Shown here: positions 54,138-64,000 of the stretch, piece after piece | Layout: each line of letters opens with the position of its first letter | Numbering within the stretch: position 1 is the first letter of the stretch | DNA from: an uncultured delta proteobacterium | GTDB lineage: Bacteria; Desulfobacterota; Desulfobacteria; Desulfobacterales; QNYZ01 | Assembly (NCBI GenBank): GCA_963845145.1 | Contig: CAWJQU010000002.1 | Span: 160,001 to 224,000 of the forward strand | Length of the DNA: 64,000 nucleotides | Direction: 5' to 3' | Notes under the pieces: generated by a model | What the model was told of the DNA's origin: nothing | Database searches by the model: none | The model's input: the letters and a program-made list of their open reading frames with translations, nothing else | Program-made: the position numbers and the translations under genes

Positions 54138-54443
54138 CTAAAGGCTTAAATACAGAAAGATAAATTCACCCTCGTTAATATTAACGGCCATATCGGCCCC
54201 CCGCGATTCCGCGAAAACGATCCAAACCGGTTTGTCCCGGGAACCACATTCCACCTTGGGAAAATAATCGCCGGTTTTACCGTTATACCAGGATAGTAAC
54301 ATGGGATCCTCGGTCAGCTCTTTGGCTTTCGCTTTGGCGATATCCTTGGCATGGGTAAAATCAAGATTCTCCTGGTCAACCGCCACGTGAATGTGATTGC
54401 CCCAAAACCCCTCCAGATTATATCGATTGGCTGAATTCAACAT
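54138..54443 (-). CDS. AF1514-like small protein
   Basis: LDF..AK..A..KA....DPMLLSW....G...P.VEC....KP.W..FAESRG pattern. Confidence 0.65.
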   Translation of the reverse strand: MLNSANRYNLEGFWGNHIHVAVDQENLDFTHAKDIAKAKAKELTEDPMLLSWYNGKTGDYFPKVECGSRDKPVWIVFAESRGADMAVNINEGEFIFLYLSL

Positions 54444-54470
54444 CCTATCTACCTCATCGTCTATCGATCA

Positions 54471-54884
54471 TTATGTCTTAGATAACCGCATGTAATTGAC
54501 TTGAGCAACCGCGACTTGCGTTCCCTCACTATCATATAAATCAACGGCGACAGGACACATCGTACGCCCCAACTTGATTACCCGGGCTTTGGCGGTTGCA
54601 TCCGTCAGGCAGGGGGCCAGAAAACGAATATTCATATCGGTCGTCGTAATTGGTTCATTTTCACCTGTCATGGTCAGAATAACGAAAGCGGCCACCGAAT
54701 CCGCCAGGGTCATCAGTATCCCGCCGTGCAATGATTCATAAATCCCATCATAATTACGCCGTCTGGGGATGGTCACCTCGGCATATCCTTCTTCCATTCG
54801 ATCCAGTCGCATTTCCAATGTATCGAAAATCGGAATCCGACGAATTCGGGCCATTATTTCCTTTTTGTTTTTGGCAGATAGCAT
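54471..54884 (-). CDS. PaaI-family thioesterase
   Basis: LHGGILMTLADS, T.DMNIRFL.P, KLGR. Confidence 0.9.
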   Translation of the reverse strand: MLSAKNKKEIMARIRRIPIFDTLEMRLDRMEEGYAEVTIPRRRNYDGIYESLHGGILMTLADSVAAFVILTMTGENEPITTTDMNIRFLAPCLTDATAKARVIKLGRTMCPVAVDLYDSEGTQVAVAQVNYMRLSKT

Positions 54885-55144
54885 GATTGCTCAATCGCTC
54901 CGTGTTATATTTTTTATCTTGACCTAACATTTTAAAAATTGTTGCTAAAAATATGCCTTGGTAAGTCGTTTGTCCATTTTATTCCGATCAAAATAGAACG
55001 TTTTTACTCCTTTTGGCTGCACCCCTTGCCTACCGCGAGTTTCAAACTTTCTCAACGCACCCTATGCGTCTTTTATTGATTAAAACCCGCTTTCCTCAAA
55101 TGCTTGACCCATCTTCAGATAAATTTTGCTCATATCAGGAAAAT

Positions 55145-55434
55145 CTTTACCCAAAAAACAGGCGATATCAGCTAAAGATATCCGCCCGCGTACCGGCCCT
55201 ATTTAATGTATCGGAATATGTTTTCAACGAGCCTAAAAATATTCGGCATTTTTAAAAGGCTTTCTTTAATACATGCGTGCTTACCAGATATACTCTTGAA
55301 TTCAGTTAGTTAGACTATTCTCCTGGAAACTCACTTCATTATTTAGGCAATATTTTACCCAAAAAAACCGAAATTTAAGCTAAAGATCTCAGCCCACATG
55401 CCGATCTTATTCACAGATTCGGAAATTGTTTTCA
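55145..55434 (+). repeat. Two diverged copies (about 80 bp, 208 bp apart) of a promoter-containing segment
   Basis: TTTACCCAAAAAA...AGCTAAAGAT...TATT...TCGGAA..TGTTTTCA occurs at about 55146-55226 and 55354-55434. Confidence 0.75.
55381..55407 (+). promoter_or_regulatory. Sigma28 (FliA)-type promoter
   Basis: TAAA-N15-GCCGATCT. Confidence 0.65.
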
Positions 55435-55635
55435 CTATTACGGCTGGTGTGACGACAGATCCATTTTTACGAACCGCTTCCCAATAATTTAAGCATAAAA
55501 CCAAAATTTACAAAATTAATGGAAGTCCACAAACGTCACTCGTATGGATCGATTTTATCACTTTGCCGCAATGACGACAGAAACACATCGCCCTAACCTG
55601 TATTGTTAATAGCTTTAATAAAAGGAGCTCACCAG

Positions 55636-56415
55636 ATGAAGAATGCGATTCAAATCGGAAGGAAATCATTGGAGCAAAGACTGGTCATAGTGGCCCTTTC
55701 GATGTTTCTTTTAGCACTTATCTCATGCGGTGGCGATGATGATTACGCCCTGGAAACATCATCCGCCAAACATACGGTTATGTTCGATGGTGGGAACCAT
55801 TCAAATATCACCTTATATTTAAACGGGCAAAGTAATACCATGTATGGTGCAGATGCCATCCGGGAAATTAAAAGACAACTGGATGCAAGGATTGCGGAAT
55901 GCCCTCAGGAGTTGCAGGCAGCGGCCAAGGATATTGTCTGGGTCATTGTCAATGACTTTTGTTTCCGCTGGACTTCCGAAGAAAACAGTGGCTTGGCGGC
56001 TGGCGCCTATTATCCAAGCATGAACATGATTAAGGTTTCCATATATAGCGGGTGGCGCGGCAACGAGATTCCAGCCCATAACCATGCGCCCCATACGCTC
56101 AGAACCGACGGCCAGATGGTTTCCTGGAGCGGGGGTGATTCCCGCTACCATATGAACAAATATTATTCCGGAAACGTGTATTCACCAACCGGTCAATTTC
56201 CTATGGGAAGACTGATGACAGTTGTAGAGCACGAGCTAAAGCATGTCGTCAGCGGAAATTATCATGCCGAAGGCAACACCGCTGCCAACAACGGTAAACC
56301 GTCAACGAAGGATATTGTGGACCCCGAAGATGGAGAACATACAACAAAGCATATATTCGATGAAAAAGAGGGTGCTTGGGGCTATTTCCACGCTCCTTTC
56401 GTCATAAATGAATAG
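55636..56415 (+). CDS. Putative lipoprotein with HEXXH zinc-peptidase motif
   Basis: RBS AAGGAG; lipobox LISC; VVEHELKHVV. Confidence 0.7.
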   Translation: MKNAIQIGRKSLEQRLVIVALSMFLLALISCGGDDDYALETSSAKHTVMFDGGNHSNITLYLNGQSNTMYGADAIREIKRQLDARIAECPQELQAAAKDIVWVIVNDFCFRWTSEENSGLAAGAYYPSMNMIKVSIYSGWRGNEIPAHNHAPHTLRTDGQMVSWSGGDSRYHMNKYYSGNVYSPTGQFPMGRLMTVVEHELKHVVSGNYHAEGNTAANNGKPSTKDIVDPEDGEHTTKHIFDEKEGAWGYFHAPFVINE

Positions 56416-56604
56416 ATAAAATCTGATAGACCTTATTAAAGTAAAACCGGAATCAGCCGCATAGGCCGTGGTTTATAAGATTTCCCTTCCGAATGTTTGT
56501 TCGTTCTTAACTAAGTTGAACGATTTTTTGCGATTAAAAAAACGCTCAATTTAGTCTTTATCCCCCCATGCCAATTTTTAAATAAAAAAAAGCGATTTTA
56601 CGGC

Positions 56605-56631
56605 TAAAGTTTTTATCCCCAATGCCGATAC
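56605..56631 (+). promoter_or_regulatory. Sigma28 (FliA)-type promoter
   Basis: TAAAGTTT-N11-GCCGATAC, near consensus, 85 bp before the C25 gene. Confidence 0.78.
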
Positions 56632-56715
56632 AATAATTGGAGTTTAACCGTTATATCCGTGTAACAGATAGAATAATTTACTCTATAGTTATATTTTTTC
56701 AAGAGGTTAGCAAAT

Positions 56716-59488
56716 ATGGACCTATTCAAAAAGGTAATCGCGGCTCAAAATGGGGAGTGCTATTCTCTTTTTAATGGCAGAGGTTTTTGGCTCATACTAG
56801 GGTTCAATTTGCTCTACATATTGATCACGCTTCACTGGCCACATGATGCCAATGCCATTACAAAGATGTCATTTCAAGTCGATACTTCCGTCCGCGTGGC
56901 CCCACGGAATATTTCCGATCAGGCCACCCTCCCTGACGATAAGGCTCCCTCCCTCTATGATCAGACGCCCCCGCCCTATACGGTGATCCGTTCTTTATAT
57001 GCCTATGTGGACAACGGCCGGGTCATTGTTGAGTGGGAAACGGTCTCGGAAGATAACATTATCGGTTTTAACCTTACGCGGTTGGATCCAAAAAGGGGTA
57101 AGTACCGACGGCTCAATAGAAGGCTGTTGCCGGGCCTGTTGGTATCTCCTGAAGGGGGGATCTACAGATATGAAGACAAAACCGCTCAACCTGGGAACAC
57201 CTATACCTATAAACTGATCGCGAGCGACGCCAAAGGCGGACGGCAAGCGTATGGACCTTTTACAATCGTCGTGGACGATCCGGGTTTTGAGCCTCGTTTG
57301 GCACAAGATGAGGCCTACCATTCGATCGATGTGGACGGTGATATTCTTAGACCGAAAGGTCAAAAAGCGACGCCAAAGAATCATACGAAAGCAATACCGT
57401 AAACGCAAATCCGTTCAAAGAAAAGGCAAGACCGGGGTCTATATTTCACTGAAAGACAAGGGAATATACCAGGTTTCGGCAGAGGATATCGGCCAGGCCA
57501 TGGGACTTTCGGGAGACAATATCAGACGGTTGATAAAAAGAAAAAAACTGGCACTTACCTACCAGGGCCAGCCCGTTGCCTGGCAACCGCTCGCACGCGG
57601 CAAAGCCCTTATCTTTTACGGCGAGAATTTTGATAGCACTTATACAGATGTAAATGTTTACCGTTTGGATCTTGGAAGGAGCAAAACCATAACGTCAATT
57701 AAGGGCGAAGGACCGGATGCGCTCTCCATACCAGGTGGATTCTCTACCGTTGTCCACGCTGAGAAGGACCAGTGGGCCCTAACGGGTATCTTCGACGACC
57801 CCAATGAAGACTACTGGGCTTGGGATTATCTCATGTCCACTAATGAGAGTTTGGCCCAAAAGGACTTTATTGTCTCAAGCCCCGGCCGGGTCGCCAATAC
57901 CCCGGCCATTTTGACAATCCACTTTAAAGGCGGTTCGACGGTAACTCATGGGGTAACAATCGCCGTAAATGGCACACCTGTCGGAAAAACGACATTCCAG
58001 GGAACGATCTCCCATAGTCAAACCTGTACAATACCTGCCGATGTGTTCACAACCGGCGAAAACACTGTGACCTTAACAGCCGGGAAGCCATCTATCGGCA
58101 GCAGTATCGTCTATGTCGATAGCTTTGATCTTTCATATGAAAAAGCCTTCACCGCCATAAAGGATCAATTGTTCTTTCGTGCTGAAGATCATCCTGTTGT
58201 TACGGTTGACGGCTTCGGCAATGGCAATATTAAAATCTATGATGTTACCGATCCGGCAAACATCATTCGCATCAATGCGATTACCATTGACGAGACGCAA
58301 GACGGCACATATCGAGTCAGCCTGCGGGCCGACAACGCCAAAAAACGCTACTTGGCAGTGGCTGATAATGCCGTTATCGCTTTAAGTGGAAAGAATATGG
58401 CCGGTTATCTGGCCCCACACCTGCTTAATACCGATCATTCAGTGGAATATTTGGTAATCGCACCGGAAGAACTTAAAGACGAAGCCCAACGCCTGGCCGA
58501 CTATCGTCAAAACCAGGGACTATCCACGATGGTCATACTGTTGCAGGACATCTACGATGAATTCAATTACGGCATCGCCAACCCCGAAGCTGTTCGGGAT
58601 TTTCTGGAATATGCCTGGTACAACTGGCGCAAGGCGCCTCGCTATATCGTACGTGTGGGCGACGGCAGTCATGACTACAAGGACATCCAAGGCACCGGCG
58701 ATACTCTGATGCCGCCTTTAATGGTAAACACGCCTTGGGGATTGTCCGCATCGGAGAACCGATTGGCCGATGTAGACGGATCTGAAGATGGGGTTCCGGA
58801 GATGATGATCGGGTTATTGCCCGCCGAAAACAGTGAGATGCTCTCCGCCATGATAGACAAAATCATCGCCTATGAAACATCAAGCGGAGATTGGAAAAAC
58901 AAAGTGTTGATGGTGGCCGATAATCCGGACGGCAGCGGAAACTTTCCAGTAGATAGCGATGCGGTAGCAGCGCTGGTCTCTAACGATTACACGAAAGAAT
59001 CGATACATCTTGGAGATCTCGATCTTGCCACCGCCAGGAAGACGCTGTCCTCGGGGTTCGAAGCAGGTGCTTTTTTAATGAATTATATCGGTCATGCCGG
59101 TATGGACCGGCTAGCCACTGAGGGTCTATGGACGTTGTCCAACGTAGACGCCATGACCAACTATAACCGGTTACCGATCATCGTCGGGATGACCTGCGTG
59201 GCCGGCCGTTTCGAGATACCGGGATACGACGCCATCGGAGAAGCCATGGTAGTCAAACCCGACGGTGGCGCTGTGGCCGCCTGGGTGCCGACCGGCATGT
59301 CTTTAAATTATCTGGCAAGGATACTCGATGAAGAATTCTTCAAAGCCGTATTCACCGACAAACAGACCGTATTGGGCGATGCTATTCTTACCGCCATGCG
59401 TGCTTTCAAGGCCAGATACCCGATTGGTCATTCTTTTATGCTCGATATTTATACCCTGATCGGCGACCCGGCGTTGGTGATTAAGTAA
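56716..59488 (+). CDS. Secreted C25-family (gingipain/PorU-like) cysteine peptidase with N-terminal FN3-like domain; frameshift near 57355
   Basis: Signal ending ANA; V.VEWETVSE..IGFNL.R domain; basic linker; DIYDEFNYG, GDGSHD, NYIGHAG (His), MTCVAG (Cys), LIGDPAL. Confidence 0.88.
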
Positions 59489-59843
59489 ACAAAAATGATT
59501 GCAAGGTGATCTTATAAAGTATATAGACAAAAATTTTTTTGAAAAACAGAAAGTACCCTCAATATGACAATCGCCCTTGATGAAAACCCGACTCACCCAC
59601 CATTTATATGATTGAAGGTCAAGAGAATGAATCATCCACGGTGTTTCGTCGATTCCGGATATCATTTTTTTAAAAACGGATAGATAAATGAAAAAACCCT
59701 TAAAAAGAATAATCACTTCGCTTTCAATCAGAAGATGAAAATTTCCTTTTTGGTATATCGAAAAAATCCGTAATCCATAAACCGCAAAGGCCATGAACTG
59801 CCGGCACCGTCACGGTTCAGTTCAATGATGGGATAAGAAAAGC

Positions 59844-62800
59844 ATGAAAGTGAAACGAATTTTTGAATTATCTGTAGATGAGAAAACGACTATGACCAAG
59901 CGGCTCTATTTATCTTTTTATATGGGGCTCATTATGCAAAGCATAGCAAAACTTTTTCAGGTGATCAGGCCGGCCGGTTATCGGCGTGTTGTTACCTTAC
60001 TGCTGTTTTTTATAGTCTTAACATTTCCAGCAGTATTGCAGGCACAATCACAAGACATTACCCCTGTTGTAGGCGTTAATGTAATAACCAATGGTTCTTA
60101 TTATCCAGATTATGATCCGGCACTAAATAGCACTTATGTAAATAATTGGTCTGCTTCCCAATACAACTTTAACGCATTGGGTTGGTGTTACTTTTAGCAA
60201 TCCTTCTGCAATAAACACCATTTCTATACAAGGTAGGCATAACACTATAAACGGCTCGCAATATGTAACTTCATTTAGAGTTGACGGAACTAAAGATGGT
60301 ACTACCTGGACAAGTTTGGGAACTTATACAGGGAACACAAACACTACAACTATTGTTACTTCAAATATATCAAATGCTGATACAGATTGGACAGGGGTTA
60401 GAATATTTCCTCTAATCTATGAACGTTGGCCTTCTCTTAGATTTGGTGTAAATATTACAGAGAGTGACCCTTGTGATGCGGCAACATCAGGCAACCTGGA
60501 TACTGATTTAGACAATGTAAGTGACATCTGTGACCTGGATGATGACAACGATGGTATTTTAGATACCGTTGAAGGATGTGTTGGTTGGTCCGAAGTTGAT
60601 TTTTTAAACGGAGGCACCACTACCAATGGTGTAACAGTAACTCCTACAGGCTTTAATGGTATTGAAACGTACAATTTTACACTGCAAGCGTTTGATAATA
60701 ATTCATATACAACTGAAGTAGGATTACCATTGCAAGGTCATCGCTTTGTCTACTATATTGGAACTGCTGGCATACAACGTGAAGATATTACCTGGAATTT
60801 CACAGGAAATGCTGTCACAGAAGTATTATTACATATAAATAGTTTAGATCAAACCGAATTTCAGTTTGACAGGTCATTACCTCAAAATGCAAATATAGAG
60901 GTAACATTGGAGTCAGGAAATGATTATCAAATAGTTGATGATGGAACAGTTTTTAGAGTGTTCGATTCTCAAAATAACCCTATTTCATTTGTAGATGATT
61001 CCTATGCAGATGAATTTCTAGATGGCGCTAATGGCCTTTCAGCCGATTTTACAATACGCTTTACTTTAACGGGAGGAGCAACTGAAATAACGTCATTTGT
61101 CACCTCTTTTGTTGAGATGGCCCAAACTACTATTGGTGGTGGTGGTTGGGAGGGGGGTAGTTTCGCTATGGAAATTTCAGGATCCCCAGATACAGATGGT
61201 GATGGTATTTTTGATTGCCAAGACACCGACAGCGACAATGATGGTTGTCCGGATGCAACAGAAGGTGCCGATAATTTAACCACTACAGCAACACTAACAG
61301 GCGGTAGCAATGGCGGTAGCTCTGAAACACCTAGGTACTACCGTTGATACAGATGGTGTCCCAACCAATGCAGGTAGCCCACAGGCAACCACATCGGCAG
61401 TAACAGATCCAAATGGCACTAGTGCATGTGTAGATCAATGTGATGCAAATGCATCAGGTAACACAGACACCGATGGCGACAATGTATCGGATATTTGTGA
61501 CCTGGACGACGACAACGATGGCATATTAGATGTGGACGAAAGTAGCTGCAATACCAGTAGTGCAATTTCACAATATTCGGCATTTGCTCTGGGGGTTAAT
61601 GGAGAACTCTATGGATGGACTGACCTTCCTGGAGATCCTGTAGTACTTGATGCAGCCTTATTAGGTTCAGGTGTTGAGGTAAATCATCTTGCAACTGATT
61701 TTGAAAGAGATCGGGTTATATTTGCCAACAACGGATTCGTTGGGGGCATATATGCCTATTATTTTTCAGGACCATTTGCGAACACGGTACAATTAATTAG
61801 TACTGCTAATTTTCTATCAAGTTTAGACCAATCATCAGCAGGTGCTACATTTTATAATGGCAAATACTATTTATTTGATGATGAGAAAAATAACTTTTTT
61901 GAGGAGGAGAGAGGGTTGTGGGAAATTACATTTGATGATAGTGGAAATGCATCTACTTTAACTAAAATCAGTAACTTTTCCATAGGTCTCGGTGATATTG
62001 CTGCGGATGCCGATGGTACTATATATCTTTATAGTGGTTCTGATGATCTTTATAGTTTTGATTTAAATAACACGGGAGCGGGATGGACTTTAATCAATTC
62101 GAATGTGCCAGGCAATCAGTTGTTCATTGATAATGACGGCAGGCTTTTAACTCAAAATACAGTTACAAATGATTTTACCATATTAGACCGAGCTACAGGG
62201 AATGCAATAGGTACTGTGGCATCTACAAATCCTGAATATTTTAATGATTTATCCGAAGGCGGTCTTGCACAGTGTGCAGAAATCGATACCGATGGCGATG
62301 GCATACCAGATTATTTAGATTTGGACAGCGACAACGACGGGATCAGCGATTTAATCGAAAGTGGTGCAGCGCCTTTCCTTGATAATGATGGTAATGACAT
62401 TTTTAACGGTGTCATTGATGGTAGTGATTTTATCGATGCCAATAGTGACGGATTAGCCGATGCCATAAACGGTACCACGCCGATTGACAGCGATAACGAC
62501 GGCACGCCCGATTTTCTCGATCTGGACAGCGACGGCGATGGTATTCCCGATGCGGTGGAGGCCCAGCTGACGAACGGCTATTTCAACACCTACGGCAATG
62601 ATGGTGATGTCACCGATAACGACGTCGATGGCGATGGTATCATCGATATCTATGACAGCAACGACAGCGACAACCCCACTTTCGGCGGCAGCTTCAACAG
62701 CCCCGTGGACACCGATGGTGACGGTACCCCCGATTACCTGGATCTCAATAGCGACAACGATTCACTATCGGACGCTGAAGAAGGTGGAAGCGCAGTTAAC

Positions 62801-64000
62801 GGTACAAGCATCATCTATGCCGATCCCAACGGTACTGTCGATAACCCGCTCGTCAACCTGCTGAATGAAACCGGGAATGCAGAAGAGGCTGATTATCGCG
62901 AAAACCCGACGTTGGCGGTCATCGGTTCCTTCGGCGCTTACAGCGAAGGTGGTCGGGTCATGGTGGAGTGGCAGACGGCCTCCGAAAACGGCACCATCGG
63001 TTTTCATTTAGAGCGGTTAAATGAAAAGAGAGATAAGTACCACCGCGTCAACCGGAAGTTGTTGCCGGGTTTGTTGGTCTCTCCCCAGGGCGGCGCCTAT
63101 CGTTATCCGGATAAAAAGGCCCAGCCCGGCGGCACCTATACTTACCAATTGGTGGAAAAAGAAGTGATGGCGGCCGGCATGTTTACGGGCCCTATTACGG
63201 TCACCATAGATGATCCGGAATTTAAAAGCCAATATGCTATTGGTGAAAGTAGCGACGCCATCAATGTTGACGGCGCTTCACTCGAACGCAAGGCAAAAAA
63301 ACGAAAAAAGCGATTGAAAAAGGCCCCGCGTAAAATGAAGAAAGACCGACGCGCCGCCCATAAAAGCGGCCGACTCGGTATGAATATTTCCCTTGAGGCC
63401 AATGGCATTTATTTTATTTCCGTCGATGATATCGCCCATTCCCTTGATATACCTGTCCTTAAAGCTAAAAGGTGGATCAGATCAAGACGATTCGCCCTCA
63501 CCCATCAAAGCCTACCTGTATCCTGGCAATCGGCCCCTAATGGCGACGGCCTTTATTTCTACGGGGAAACTATCGATAGTCATTATACCGACGATAACGT
63601 CTACCAACTCACTCGGGGTAAAGGGTAAAAATGATCAGCTCGCTAAAGGGCGAAGGGCCGGAGACGCATGCCTATGCTTGATGGATTTATGGCCAAAACC
63701 CATGCCGAGCTCGACCAATGGGCCCTGACCGCGTTGTTTGATGATCCCAACGAGGATTATTGGGGATGGGATTATCTGATCGCCGGTTATGCAGAACTTG
63801 AGCAAAAGCGTTTTAGCATTGAGGCCCCCGGCCTGGTTGGGGGTACGACGAGTTATCTGACGGTCCATTTAAAGGGAGGCCAGAATACGGATCATAAGAT
63901 TTTGGTTAACGTTAATGAGACAGCCGTCGGCGAAGTTCAATTCAGCGGGACCATTTCTCAAAGCGCTTCTTTGGATATCCCGGCCGGGATCCTGATGGAA
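59844..64000 (+). CDS. Large secreted mosaic protein: F5/8 type C (discoidin) domain, DxDxDG calcium-binding repeats, FN3-like domain, start of a C25 cassette; several frameshifts; runs off the window end
   Basis: Signal ending LQA; after a shift near 60177 reads WVGVTF...IQGR...QYVTSFRV...DGTTW...PSLRFGV; many [18 protein letters not shown]; 62900-64000 is paralogous to about 56975-58050; true start may be downstream of 59844. Confidence 0.82.

Noticed and set aside
40724..64000. Declaring a complete type IX secretion system
   Set aside because: No porK/L/M/N or porV-like genes in the window, the barrel is far smaller than SprA, and the resemblance rests on a short remembered motif

Overview
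Bacterial chromosomal window, most consistent with a sulfate-reducing Desulfobacterota (Desulfobacterales-like; inferred from gene content). Many single-base frameshifts in otherwise intact genes suggest an imperfectly polished long-read assembly. From left to right: periplasmic cbiK under a cobalamin riboswitch; an F0-only, Na+-type ATP synthase operon with a normal c subunit plus a fused four-hairpin c subunit that keeps only one ion-binding Glu; transglutaminase/ABC genes, htpX, two Hsp20s and a molybdopterin oxidoreductase; a small toxin-antitoxin island (one integron-type cassette with attC, integrase and rhuM relics); a sigma54-type operon of an outer-membrane beta-barrel plus two DUF11/CARDB/SdrD-B surface proteins (one about 4,200 aa once frameshifts are bridged); a CreBC / exosortase K / VIT-vWA PEP-CTERM locus with cre-tag boxes; a two-component system beside msrA/msrB; and sigma28-type promoters ahead of secreted peptidases, including two C25 (gingipain/PorU-family) proteins that share a C-terminal cassette, one with an AT-rich, Bacteroidota-like passenger. 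Top leads: the tetra-c F0 module, the barrel/giant-adhesin export locus, and the modular passenger-C25 proteins. All family calls are by motif recognition; no searches were run.
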